Assembly: GCA_002633005.1 (NCBI GenBank)
Contig: NMRA01000191.1
Span: forward strand, 550,466-614,465
Source: Phoronis australis
Taxonomy: Eukaryota > Animalia > Phoronida
Direction of reading: 5' to 3'
DNA length: 64,000 bases
Within the stretch, counting starts at the first letter, position 1. Each line of letters begins with the position of its first letter. The notes under the pieces are model-generated. The model had not been told where the DNA came from. It saw only the letters and a list, made by a program, of their open reading frames with translations, and ran no database searches. Position numbers and translations under genes: made by a program. Positions 1 through 12,281 of the stretch are shown here, piece after piece.

Positions 1-258
1 GTTCAGAGGTAAAAACGAAGAATGAACATTGGTCAATAAAGTTGAACCATGTTACAGCGAACCTAGTTTGCATGGGTTGCTCCCTTGTAGCATTCCATAA
101 TGTATGTCCTGAGGAAACTGTACTGTATACAAGTTGCTTTTATTTTTAGTTGTAGCGCGCTTCAATTACAGCCAATGTTTTAGAAAGTTAGCCTGGTTCA
201 ACTGTATGTGATCTACTCTAATTATTTATTTAATTAATTTTAATACTGCTACCTGTAG

Positions 259-407
259 GTATCTGCATCGGTTTGATGAAGAGCTTGAACAGATAGACAT
301 TATCAACAGCATACCTGGTCGCCAGGGACGACAGCACTTTAGTAGAGAACAGACTATTAAAACAACATTAGAAAACGAAAGAAGAGATTTTGAAACAGTT
401 GGTCTAG
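259..407 (+). CDS. TMA16: TMA16 (translation machinery-associated protein 16) internal exon, copy 1
   Basis: ctgtag acceptor ends at 258 and gtaagc donor starts at 408. Translates [49 protein letters not shown], matching the remembered TMA16 core ([30 protein letters not shown]...FEGYGL). Upstream exons lie before the window. Confidence 0.9.
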
Positions 408-1408
408 GTAAGCAATCAACATACCGTATTGCCGCACCATTGGGCCCATAGGTGTGTGGGCAGAACTGTGCTTATGTGCCAAACTTAAGCGCCTGCACCA
501 ACATGCAAACCACTTGGATAAAAAGGCTACGAAAAAAAGCATTATTTTGGATATTCGCCCATGGGCCTAAAGGTGCTGCAACACTGTAGTTGTGAATTAA
601 TGGTACTGTTAAGCCACAATGGATTTTGACCAGCATGCAATTTTCAGACTGTACAGTTCATTGAGTTGCTATAGTACAAGAAAATTTGTTCAGGAATTGG
701 AGACAGTGTGCTATGAAAACTGCTAGAGGTTTTCTTGTTTGATAAGTCGTGCGACAGTTAAACGCAATTTTAAGGCCACAAACTCAACACATTTTCTATT
801 TTTTGTATTTAATCTGAAATTTATTGCGAAAACAGACTGGTGGGAAGGCATTTATACTTCTTGTGTTAATATTGTTGAAGTTCGGTGTTACATCGTTCAC
901 TCGTAGATCTGTCACTGTCACTAAATCCTTGGTACTGTACCAAACTTGGCTGCTCTCTAGTCAATGGAGGTAGGATATCGTGATCAGGGTCCCACTGCAT
1001 TGTTTTATTTTTAAGTTTTAAAAATGGCAGACATTTGTGAGAGCCCTGAAAGTGGTATGCCACACTTTTTTGACCATGGCCGCTTCAAATAAAGAGCCAC
1101 AAACTTCAATGGACATGTTTAATGTCTTCCAGCTTCAATGGACCATATTCATGTTTATTGCCCTCTAGTTATCCAACTATTTGTGAAGTAATTTTTAAAT
1201 CATAGTTGAATCTTTGAGATTGGTTCGACCTTAACCAAGAAGAAAAAATTGGAAGTCAGATTCACAATGTGTGTGTGTGCGTGCGTGCGTGCGTGCGTGG
1301 GTCTCCCTCTTTTTAAAAACATGAATATTGCTATAATTATGAAGCACACTTGTCTGCATAGTTCTGTGTGCTTTCTGAATTTCAAAACCACTGATGTTGC
1401 ATTTGCAG

Positions 1409-1692
1409 AGATTCCGGACATTTTAAACAGGAAGAATTTGCAGACATTCAGAGACTGGAATAGTGAACTGAGATACATCCAAACTATCAAAATGAGGAGA
1501 TTTTCCAAAGAAAAACTGCTTAATTACTCGGAAAATAAGACAGAATCAAAATCTCAAGATGGCGTTGGAAAGTGTAACCCAGTGGCACAAAGTAACGAAG
1601 ACAGATCAGTCAGTGGTAAAGATGATGGTGAATATGTAGAGAATGCGAATGAACTGTCTGAACTGGAAACAATGGAATTGGAAGCTCACTGA
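1409..1692 (+). CDS. TMA16: TMA16 terminal coding exon, copy 1
   Basis: tttgcag acceptor ends at 1408. Phase matches the previous exon (G+AG=Glu). Reads EIPDILNRKNLQTFRDWNSELRYIQTIKMRRF, like TMA16 EIPDILN..NLKTFREWD, then an acidic tail and TGA at 1690-1692. Confidence 0.9.
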
Positions 1693-1812
1693 ATATATAA
1701 TTTGAATTATTCTATTTACAACCATTGTTGTTTTGGTGACTGTAAATTCTCATGAAAATGATGCTTTTCCCGATGCAAATATTATGTTCAGGTCACTAGG
1801 AAAGTGAGTTAA

Positions 1813-2946
1813 AGGCAAAGGCAACCCTTTTTCATGTCATTTTAGCAAAAATAAGGTTGGTTAACTATCCCAGACAAAGTTTTCACTTAATTACAGCTTT
1901 TCGTAATTTCATTAATTACTCGTCCTCTACTGCGGAAGTGACGTTTTGGGAGGCAAGAATTTCTTTTCAAATAGTCTGACTGAGGGTTGTCGAGTCAGTC
2001 ATCATTCCACCTCGGTTGTGCACTTTGTGAGTACCTTTGCATTGCTTTCTGAACGATGACACACTTCCCCGTACTTGGCTCGTTCGTGTGAAGAACGCAG
2101 CGTTGCCCGTCCACGCAACGTTCAAAGCAGTGGAAGGTTACCGAGTGTGTGGCAAGCATTTTCTGCTGTCAGATTACGAAAGAGATAGGCACACTTAATT
2201 GATGAAGGTTCCTTCAAAACAACGCCTGAAGAAGGGTGTCATACCGTCGCTGTTGATTGCGGGCAGTGTCCTGTCGCCAAGCCCGAGAAGTGCGTTTTTG
2301 ACCAATGACGCGAGAAGCCTCGCGAGCTGTGGCCACTACAGTCATTGGAGGCACTTCATCTACTCTCACTCGTGTCTCCGAACGTACCCTCAGAGGGTGC
2401 AATTCTGGAACTAGCAGTGATTCGCCCTGTGCTGTTGTCTCTAGCCCAAAGCCTGCAGAGATGTTGAGTAGTGGGAGTGAATACAGGCCCAGTTCGACAC
2501 CCAGTTAAGAGGACAGTTAGTCATCCAATGAACAGATCGGTGAGTCAAAATTTGATAAGTTTATTGTGGACTTGTATAAAGTATTGGAGCTATTTAGAAG
2601 GTGCCAGGTGTGTGGCGAGGGAGTCACATGGCGGGATGTAAGCAGTTTGGGCGCTCAGTGTCGCGGGACACTCGGGCATGTGGGATAGTTGTGCCTGTGC
2701 ATACTCTGCCCCATTATACTCGGGCTCAAACATATACCCACCCACTGACTGTCCCTGAAAAAAATCCTCACCACTGCTATGAACAATGTCTCACTACTGT
2801 CACTTGCCTCCCAAAGTCACTTCAGGAGGAGATGACGAGTAATTAATTAAATTACAAAAAGCTGTAATTAAGTGAAAAATAGGTCTGGTATAATCAACGA
2901 ACCTTATTTTTGCTAAAAATGACATGAAAAATTGTTGCCTTCGCCT
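1813..2946 (+). mobile_element. Non-autonomous Kolobok-like DNA transposon with decayed THAP domain
   Basis: TTAA at 1809-1812 and 2947-2950, AGG...CCT termini and imperfect TIRs of more than 100 bp. Internal frame LHCF..D....RTWL...YRVCGKHFLLSDY...RLKKGVIPSL is a THAP signature interrupted by a stop. Confidence 0.8.
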
Positions 2947-2959
2947 TTAATAATTACTT

Positions 2960-3760
2960 AGATGGAAACAATGCAGACTTTTATGTGTTCCTAAACTATG
3001 TTACCTAACATATTGGGATAGTCTGATCTTTAAATCTAATTATAATATGTTGTTGTGCCTTGAAAATCTTGATTTCTTTTATCATGACATCTCTATTGCT
3101 TGGGTAGAAAGTATGGACTACTTATGTAAGTGCTAAACAATTGAAAATCAAATACTTTGGTACAATAAAAACATTTTGATGGACGGTGGGTTATATTTTT
3201 CAACAGCCTTTATGAGGCAAGCATCATTTTTGTGAAGGACCTTTTTAATTTTGAAAACAAATTTCGGCCCTGGAAGTTATTGGACGGAAGACATAAGCTT
3301 TCCAATTGGATCAACTATGCTGCTTTAGACCCAGACGTGGAATAAAGGTAAAACCCAAGCCCTCGAGGTCAAAGTGCGTAATCGTTACATAAAATAACTC
3401 CTCAGTTTTCTAGATTTACTTTCCAAAATTGTTCCACCTCCGGATATAGGGATAGAATACAGCAAAGTCGTATTTACGTTTTTGCAAACAAACTCTTGTT
3501 GCTTCCTTAATATGAAATGTAAGCAAGGTTTACACAAAAAGTGTTCTCAAAGATGATATATTATTAGTTAGTGAGGAAAAGTGTGCTTTTTGTGGAGCTG
3601 TTGTAAAGTTTAATGAATTTGTGGAATGTGGCTTTGTGAGACTTTTGTGGTACAAGATTCAGAAACTCATATACTCTTCTTAATTGCACAAGACGATTTA
3701 ATCTTGAATAAAATGTTATTTTGAAAGCCTTATTAAGTATTTGTCAATAATTCATTAAGA
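2960..3760 (+). mobile_element. Highly decayed LINE (L1/Tx1-like) ORF2 3' remnant
   Basis: Fragmentary peptides NQILWYNK and CAFCG...VEC resemble the post-RT and zinc-knuckle region of L1/Tx1 ORF2; many stops and frameshifts. Confidence 0.4.
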
Positions 3761-4804
3761 ATTGCCGGAGAGACCGGAGGAACCGCAGTAATATAGAGGC
3801 TAAAAGTATTACCTGTATAATTGCTGTATGCTAAGAAAAGTTCAACTTTATCTAAATGTTTTTCACAAATCGCTATTACTTATCTGCAACAATCATGATT
3901 TTATAAGTTAGATGATGTGTGCGTGTGTGTGTTCCTGCGTGGGTGTGCGAGTGTCTGTGCGCGTGTATAAATGATATTTTATGGTAAGCACTCATTTCCC
4001 TTGTGGTGTTTACTTTCTGGGGACAAAAAACGGATGCACTATATATTACTACATTACAGTGGAGAGAGGGAACTACCCGTCCCGGACAGTCGCTTTATCA
4101 AAATACAAAAGGTACATGATTAAATTTTGTTACACATAAATTTCAAAGTGAAATTTGAAAAACGCTGTTATAGATTGCTGGAATATCATTTCTTTTTTGT
4201 GTTATGCAACTTTAACTTTTTCATGAAAATCATAAAAGTCCAATATTTTGATAGCCTTCTTGCAAAAGAGGAACATTTTTAAAACCATTCCTGAAATTTT
4301 GGAGGACACGTCTGTATAAAGTATAGTATCTGAGATATGATGTTCCAAAGTTAGCCAAATTTGGACATTTTTCTAGGGTCCTACATAACCCAAGAACCCT
4401 ATATAAATGGAGCGAATTAGGTGTTAAGCATAGACGATAGTGTTGACTTCGTCAAAAGTCTTTTATTGTCCCATTCTTATTCCCACTTCCTCCGCCCTAT
4501 GCCCCCGGCACGTTCCATTCATTCTCTTTATGTCGGGCATTTTACACCGAGCTCCCCCGCCGCTCGCCACAAGGGACTCAGCCATCAAAATGAAAATTAG
4601 GCCTACGCTTCAGCGCACACGGATACTTGCGAAATGAACTGTCTTCCTCAAGTGAACTATATAGCTGAGCATTCAGCTCACGCCAACTGAAGGTGTCAAG
4701 ACACGAATTGGATGAACTAAGCTTGCCGCTTGTCCGATCAGCTATGACAGCTTGAGATAGCTTGTACCTATCCGTGTGCGCTGGCTCTAAGGTCAGTATT
4801 CATT

Positions 4805-6270
4805 TTATTATGCGCCCACATATTTATATGTGGACGCATTATGCCGTCATCTCCGTCCGTCCGTCCGTCCGTCCGTCCGTCCGTCCGTCCTGGCGGCGTC
4901 CGGCGTCCGCTGCTCTATCTCCAAAACCCTTTGACATACGTTCATGAAATTTGGCACATATATTTCATTCATGAATGGGACGGCATGTGCGAACTTTCGG
5001 ACAAATTCGACTACCGGTGTGCCCCCTAGTGGCAATTTTAGTTTTTTACGCTTACCTTTGTATCTTCAAAAGTCCTGAACGGATTTTCATGAAATTTGGT
5101 ATGTAGGCACCTATTAGTGAGATGACGCTATCCTGCCGTTTTCAGATGGATTCGACATAGTTTGCGCCACCTAGTGGCCATGNNNNNNNNNNNNNNNNNN
5201 NNNNNNNNNNNNNNNNNNNNNNNNNNNNNNNNNNNNNNNNNNNNNNNNNNNNNNNNNNNNNNNNNNNNNNNNNNNNNNNNNNNNNNNNNNNNNNNNNNNN
5301 NNNNNNNNNNNNNNNNNNNNNNNNNNNNNNNNNNNNNNNNNNNNNNNNNNNNNNNNNNNNNNNNNNNNNNNNNNNNNNNNNNNNNNNNNNNNNNNNNNNN
5401 NNNNNNNNNNNNNNNNNNNNNNNNNNNNNNNNNNNNNNNNNNNNNNNNNNNNNNNNNNNNNNNNNNNNNNNNNNNNNNNNNNNNNNNNNNNNNNNNNNNN
5501 NNNNNNNNNNNNNNNNNNNNNNNNNNNNNNNNNNNNNNNNNNNNNNNNNNNNNNNNNNNNNNNNNNNNNNNNNNNNNNNNNNNNNNNNNNNNNNNNNNNN
5601 NNNNNNNNNNNNNNNNNNNNNNNNNNNNNNNNNNNNNNNNNNNNNNNNNNNNNNNNNNNNNNNNNNNNNNNNNNNNNNNNNNNNNNNNNNNNNNNNNNNN
5701 NNNNNNNNNNNNNNNNNNNNNNNNNNNNNNNNNNNNNNNNNNNNNNNNNNNNNNNNNNNNNNNNNNNNNNNNNNNNNNNNNNNNNNNNNNNNNNNNNNNN
5801 NNNNNNNNNNNNNNNNNNNNNNNNNNNNNNNNNNNNNNNNNNNNNNNNNNNNNNNNNNNNNNNNNNNNNNNNNNNNNNNNNNNNNNNNNNNNNNNNNNNN
5901 NNNNNNNNNNNNNNNNNNNNNNNNNNNNNNNNNNNNNNNNNNNNNNNNNNNNNNNNNNNNNNNNNNNNNNNNNNNNNNNNNNNNNNNNNNNNNNNNNNNN
6001 NNNNNNNNNNNNNNNNNNNNNNNNNNNNNNNNNTATGTTTCTGTGGTGCTTTAAGCAACTGGTGTATAGGATGTGCTTGTATTAGGAAGATTACTCACAT
6101 TTTGCCCCTAGCCTATTGAGGAGACAATGACCATGCCTTTCCATTTTGCTAAGTACAACATACTACATATATGCCCTCTACTGGCCACTTTATGGTACCA
6201 ATAAACAACCCTAGAAGGATACCGTATGCGGTGCAATTGTGGGCGCATTTCAACGCTCTGCGTTGCTCTT
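4805..6270 (+). mobile_element. HINE/DINE-1-like non-autonomous Helentron element (spans an assembly gap)
   Basis: 5' subterminal IR atgcgcccaca (4810-4820) inside a short palindrome, (CCGT)n microsatellite at about 4852-4890, 3' subterminal IR tgtgggcgcat (6238-6248) and stem-loop caacgc-tct-gcgttg (6251-6265). Absent at the paralogous site near 44308, where a T-rich junction shows no obvious TSD. Confidence 0.8.
5183..6033. other. Assembly gap (run of N)
   Basis: Continuous Ns; the poly-X ORFs across it are artefacts. Confidence 1.
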
Positions 6271-7564
6271 GTTTTCTTTTAGATTGGCTTAAGTTCATTT
6301 TATTAAAGCTACGCCTTGAAGGTATATGTTGAAAGGTTAGGCTCCGGGGTCCCTGATACATTAATTACTTTTGGGCTGTTTCGAAACCCCTAGTTAAAAC
6401 ACGGGTACCTGAGTTTCTGATGGCTACGGAAACTGATACACAGGGTGTACCGAATATGTACTCACACCTCAGTACAACGCCGGGAGTTTAAATTCTGTTC
6501 CCGTGGATCTGCGCCCTGGTCTACTGTACTGTTACACCTTGCTGTGAAAGTGGGTGCGTGAGACATCACGTGCACTGTATGTACGGGGATGGCAAGCAAG
6601 CGACTCTTTCGATAACGAAAATTTATCGGGCAATACTACTGAAAACTAAAAAAACATCAAGTGAATGAAGTTTAAAGACAAACAATCCTATAAAGGTCTT
6701 CAAAAGAAATACTATTCGTATAATACGATGGGAAAAACTAGCGACATTTCATTGTTATAAAACTATCAGAAGTCTTCCCTTTATGTAATTCAAAAATGAT
6801 CTTCAAGTTCTTCAAACGTCCATCCTTTCGATGACGGTCTATTCTAAAGTTTGTCAATACAATCTCAATGTCATGCTTAGATTGTTTGTGCCGAGTGTCT
6901 TGATACTGTTGTGCGTTGTATGGATTTGTTTAGTGTTTTTTCGATGGATTTTGAAAGTCATTTTCTTCAATTCGTAAATAGTTGACAGCGCCGGATACAT
7001 TGAAGGGCAAAGGGGCAATCGTCCGGGGAACTGATCCCGTCTGAAAGGCTTTACAATAAAAATGGAAAAGCCAGTGACAGCTATCACTGTGTGACTTTTC
7101 AAGAAGTGACCTTCCTTGACATAAAATGTACGATTTCACAAAAAACAGAAAAATAGTGCCAATCAGTTCCATCATTGGGCGCTCAGACTCTCCGTGAATG
7201 GCCCCTTACTAACAAACCCCTATATCATTACCGTAGAGTTGTGTATTTAAGTCCATGTGCTTATTCTCAAAATAGTGCAGTTTCAAAAGACATTTTTGCT
7301 CAGGTGTTGCACACATAATAAATGCGTCCACCTGGGCTCAATCATATCTTCCTGGCTTCACTTAGAAGCACAAACATGCATTTCCTACATAGCATCAGAT
7401 TTACTTTGCTCCATGGCTAGATTCAACTGCTTGCATATAGGCCCATGCGCCTATTTTTGAATGTAAGCCCAGCTTCACATGCGGGCGCGTGTGCATAAAT
7501 GGGCATATTCACTGAACAAACACATTTCTTTTTGCCTTGGTTGACACCAAGTCGAAGCCAGGCG

Positions 7565-8332
7565 TTAGACTGCTGGTTTAGACGACCAGTTCTCATTCTC
7601 AGGTTTGAGCATGCGAGACTTTACTTTGGTTAGCTTTTCTGAAGACTTTGTTGTAAACGTTTTTCGCCTCTTGGTTCGTTTTTCTGTTCGACAAAATTCC
7701 TGTTGTAGCCTGTCGCGTACTGCTCTAATGTTAGACATGTTCTTGGGTTGACTCATCGCCCGAAAGAAATCGACTCGACATCGCTTGGGTTGATTGTCGG
7801 AAACTAAACTAGTAAGTGGTTTTGCGTTGTCGTCATCCATTGTTTCGAGTCCGCATTCATTGGCGGGTTGTTGGGTTTGCTTTTCCTTTGCAAAATCCAA
7901 TGACTTAGCTTTTGCCCTCTTTTTATCTGGAACTTCTTCGAGGCATTGTACACTTGATTCAGCCACTTTGCTTCCCAACACGTTCAGTTGAATTAATCCG
8001 CTCCTTTTCTGTAACACTTCGCTAGTTGACGTGTTCAGTTCCTTATCCCTGCCTCTGTAATTAATTGGTGGAAGGGCAATGTGTCGCCTGTATCTTGTGA
8101 GCGAATCTGAATTGAATCTATTAGGATCTACTGGAAAACTGCCTTTTCTGTTTAGCACCACTTTCTGATCATGACTGAGGTCAGCTTCCATAACCTTCTG
8201 CCCCCTGTCGATGTAACTTCTCACGTGCTGAAGTCGAATATCCTCGCGTACGTTATTTCTTAACACCCCGTCATCGTATTCCGAGCGAACGGCAAATCCG
8301 CAGCGTATTTTTCTCATGTTGTTTTTATCCAT
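7565..8332 (-). CDS. Uncharacterised 255-aa basic, probably disordered protein; single coding exon preceded by a 5' UTR intron
   Basis: Uninterrupted 768-nt ATG-to-TAA ORF in AT-rich DNA. Minus-strand acceptor ctctattttgTAGCAG at about 8376-8391, just upstream of the ATG. A paralogous copy exists at 46169-46938. No family recognised. Confidence 0.7.
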   Translation of the reverse strand: MDKNNMRKIRCGFAVRSEYDDGVLRNNVREDIRLQHVRSYIDRGQKVMEADLSHDQKVVLNRKGSFPVDPNRFNSDSLTRYRRHIALPPINYRGRDKELNTSTSEVLQKRSGLIQLNVLGSKVAESSVQCLEEVPDKKRAKAKSLDFAKEKQTQQPANECGLETMDDDNAKPLTSLVSDNQPKRCRVDFFRAMSQPKNMSNIRAVRDRLQQEFCRTEKRTKRRKTFTTKSSEKLTKVKSRMLKPENENWSSKPAV

Positions 8333-9566
8333 CTTACAATTGGCGCTTGATCAGCATGGTTGAAGACGCGCCGCCCTGCTACAAAATAGAGTGACTTTAA
8401 CACGTTACCGTCGACGTGCCCTGAAGGAGTGTTTAATAGTGTGAGATGTTCAGTTACGATTGAATTTCAAGTCACCACAGCAACGTTTCAGTGTCGGAGA
8501 TTTTCAGAAAGAGCCCTGTGCAGCTAAGCGTACTCGGGTACTGGGTGTGCGAATATGCCAGCTTACTAAATTAGCGCCCGGTGATGCTCTCGTGCACTGT
8601 ATATGCGGGGAAGTGCTCATGTCCGTCTTGCACCGGTCTCCTGTAAAAGTAGACCATTTGCTGTCTTAAAATTGTTTCCTACTTAATTTGAAACCAATAT
8701 GGCTCGTTGTCTCTATTTACTTAGGTTACAAATGTTTTTTCACTTGGAAGGAATTATGTTTCACTTGTGCATGAGACAGGCCCTACCGAGGTCGTAGTGA
8801 CTCACTCTGAGAGGATTTGCCGTAGGTCCTGATGACATTTCATTTCTGCGCCTGTACAAAACTGGATCGTCAACATTTGCAAATAACTCATTGCGCACTC
8901 GTGTACTTTTTTACTCACTGTTGGCATGTGACTGTATACTATGTAGCATGCGTGCACCCAGGTGGGGGGGGGGGGGGGGGGGGNGGGGCTCGAAGTGCGT
9001 AAAAAGGTCCGCCTCTGAGAAACAAAAAGTCCGAGAAAATGAGACACAATTCACAGTAGTGCCCCCGTTTTTTTGTCCACCCGGTTTTCCGTTACCAAAA
9101 GGTCCACAACGTCGTGATTTCGAGCCCCGGCCCCCAGGATCTGATTGCGGGCTTAAATGGTAATAAAAGCTCACTGTATACATTTATTTCCTGTTGCCCG
9201 CCCTCTATCGGCAAGGCACTTCACTGTTTTTTTGGCAAATGTAACACAGGCCCACCCATTTCATGATCTACACCATTTCTATGCACTTCGCTATTTGGGG
9301 ATCGTATGTTAATCACTATATTTTCCAGAATTCAATCTGCATCAAAATTCACTGTATAAATTTTTACATGATTAGCTTATATTGAATAGTTTCGACAAAC
9401 GTTACTCCACGCTCACCATGGTTACTGTTGCGAAGTCCCACAAGCAAAAATTAAACATGGCGGAAATGCCCTGTGTACGTACTAGAACAACATATTTTTT
9501 AGTTGTGTTACCGGCATGGATTCACGGAATCACAGAGGGTTCCAGGGGGTTTTAACTTAACAAAAA

Positions 9567-11197
9567 CAGGACCGTCTTAACAATATCATGGGGCCTCGGA
9601 AGACCAGTTCAGTGGGCCCCTGCTAGTCAAACCAAAGGTATACTGCAATAAAAAACGTGAATTTTGTACCAACAAGTGCAACACAAATAATCCCCGTTTA
9701 TTCCGTATTCCAGACGCCTGATGTCAATCTTTCTTTTGTTAATCGCCATGCTCAGACTTATGTCTGATGACACGACGCAAACGTCAATTATCTACCGCAC
9801 TGTATGAATACATATTTAAACATACATCGACTCATAACTGTTGTCAACAAAATAAAAGTCCATGGCAGCGTTTTGTCCATTTTTATCGTATTTCTTCCAT
9901 GAAAGAAGGATTCTACACAAACTTTTCACGAGGAATTCAATTTCAGAAGCGAAACACTTAAAAAAAAATACCAGTTTCCGTCTTTGATATTGCAATTTGT
10001 TTAACTCAATATTTTATTGTCATGAAGACATGGCTAATGCGAGAATTGCCTGAGCAACACAACAGGAGCTCAGGCCAACCTTTCGTGATATTGAGGACGG
10101 ACGGCTTTCCGGGTTCAACTATAAATCGCCTCTGAACGGCACGGTTCCCTAATGCGCCAACGCTAGTGCACATTAATTAATGAAGTGCTTCTTAAAATAC
10201 AAGTTAGCAAGGAAATGACAATCAGACGGTAGGACCACGAATCACGCGTACGAAAATGGAGCAGCCCGATAATATTATATTGCCGTTTTAAGGAATATTG
10301 GGCCCTACAAAGGCTACTGACTTGGAACACCAGTTTCACTCAATGGTCAAAATAGATTGTTTTGATTTAGTTTTAAGACATGTTCTGGTTTCCTGGTTTA
10401 TACAGTGTACTTCTTTCAAAACATTCAAGCTAACCTTAAAATGATGGAAACGTCATTGTAAAACGTTTCGAAGTCAAGAGCGTGTCACAGAGGAAAACTG
10501 AATAGTGGCGGCGTGGCATCCATTAGCTTTGGGGGTAGAAAGTGCCCCTTCCCCTTAAAAAACTGCATCGTGCGCGAACGTTTGTTTTTGCGCACCCAAG
10601 TCCTCCTTGGCGCCCCAGAGATTGTTTTTGGCGCCCTCGGTAAACGCCTTTGCACACACATCCCCAAAGGCCTGGGCCTCCTCGCCCCCCCCCCTTCGAA
10701 ACTGTCACTGCAAACAATCTATAAAAAAAAACATTTGCAGGAAAACGACATCACGCGTTACAAACTTGCTACTGTCACAGAATTCTCAATTTTCAGCATA
10801 AGTGGAGTTATCAACTGTTGAAACTATTTTTAACGACATAGCTTTTAATGCAAAAACATAAGTTTTTTAAAAGCAACGGGCCCTCGTTTTGTTTGGGCAT
10901 GCTACGCCTCTTTTTTAGCTTACTTGTTTGTCTATTTGTAATCCGGTGTGGTAATTTAGAATGTCCCCCTTTACAACATGAATTTGAATGTTTGCATACG
11001 GGCCCGTTATTCAGTGAGTTACCTATATGCTCTATTTATGCAGGTACGACATATTTTACAGGGTATATTCTTTAGTTTCATACTTGCAATGAGCTCGTAA
11101 GATTTGTATCATTTGACTCGGCATGGGGCATCGTGCCCATGGGGGCCCCGAGTAAATGTCCTAGTGGGTCCTGTGTCCTGTGTTAATGACGGCACAG
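9567..11197. mobile_element. Non-autonomous hAT-like element
   Basis: Imperfect TIRs caggaccgtcttaac / gttaatgacggcacag, subterminal gggcccc motifs, and 8-bp TSD aacaaaaa at 9559-9566 and 11198-11205. Confidence 0.7.
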
Positions 11198-11228
11198 AAC
11201 AAAAAATATCTGACATCAGGTAAACAGT

Positions 11229-11243
11229 AATATATATATATAT

Positions 11244-11298
<55 letters not shown>

Positions 11299-11369
11299 TA
11301 TATACACGCGCGCACACACACACGCGCACACGCACATGCGCGCACAAACACACACAGACACACACACGC
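11229..11369. repeat. Compound (TA)n/(CA)n microsatellite
   Basis: Directly visible dinucleotide runs. Confidence 0.95.
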
Positions 11370-11791
11370 AAATATATTCGCAACTCAGTCTCGATGTCGT
11401 AAACTCGAACCAAAGGCCCCCACTTACACCATTCACTGTAATAAAACATCATGCCAGTGTCAGATTCCTCCGTGGCTCTAACAATAGAATACACTGGTCA
11501 CGCAAAGGTTTACACGGGTAATTGTTGCTCGTTACTTATGTACAACTAAACTATAGACTCGTGAATTACCCTTGTGATTTCCGATCGTACTTTGCGCCCG
11601 AAAACATATTTGGAAAATATCAGAGCATGAGAAATTTGGTGTTTCGCAAAGGTTGTCCTAAACGAATTAAAAAACAGAAGTTCATCCAATGAAATAAAAT
11701 AGGCCAAAAAGTATGGAAAGCCAAAGTGAAAAGAATTCCAGGACACAAACTTTTAAGAAATAAATTCTATGCAAGACTTAAAAACATACTC

Positions 11792-12281
11792 AAAACCAAA
11801 ATTTATCGCTCCAGAATCTGTAATTTATCACGCTAGGACCAAAATGTAACACGTCAGGACCAAAATTTAACACGCGAGGACACAAAATTTAACACGCCAA
11901 GAGGAAAAATTTCATGCCAGGAGACCACGTGACGATCCGCAGTGTCTGTGTTCTGCATTGGCTTCTGTTGTAAAACGTGGAAGAGACGACAGAAATTCAA
12001 CCTCATTGTCATGAAAATGTGACTGTCGTCGCGACGACACATTGTGCACCTATTGTGTCATCTCTTTGAGGGGTCGCGTGCTCGTGGATGATCACGGGGT
12101 TTCCTGGCATGAAATTTTCCGGACGTCAAATTTTCCTAACGTGTGAAATTTGCCTGACGTGCTAAAATTTTCCTGACGTAATAAATTTTGAGTCCAGGTT
12201 TGATAAATTTTCGGTCCGGACGTGTTAAATTTTGGTCCTGAAGTGATGAATTATAGATCCTGGTGCAATGAATTTTGGTTT
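11792..12281. mobile_element. Imperfect foldback/MITE with arms built of about 21-bp subrepeats
   Basis: The left arm (aaaccaaaatttatcg...aggaccaaaatttaacacg units...atttcatgccagg) is the reverse complement of the right arm (cctggcatgaaat...cgtgttaaattttggtcctg...aattttggttt) around a spacer of about 140 bp. Confidence 0.7.

Larger units (their letters stand above)
1576..9549 (+). repeat. Segmental duplication, copy 1 (paired with 40492-48081)
   Basis: Colinear similarity from aaccc(a/t)gtggcacaaagtaacgaagacagatca to cacagag(g/a)gt(t/c)ccaggggg, with scattered substitutions and copy-specific insertions. Confidence 0.95.

Noticed and set aside
1249-1408. N-terminal part of the 147-aa ORF as coding
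   Set aside because: Intronic read-through including a microsatellite; the real exon starts at the 1409 acceptor.
5162-6085. 307-aa and 295-aa ORFs
   Set aside because: Artefacts of the N gap.
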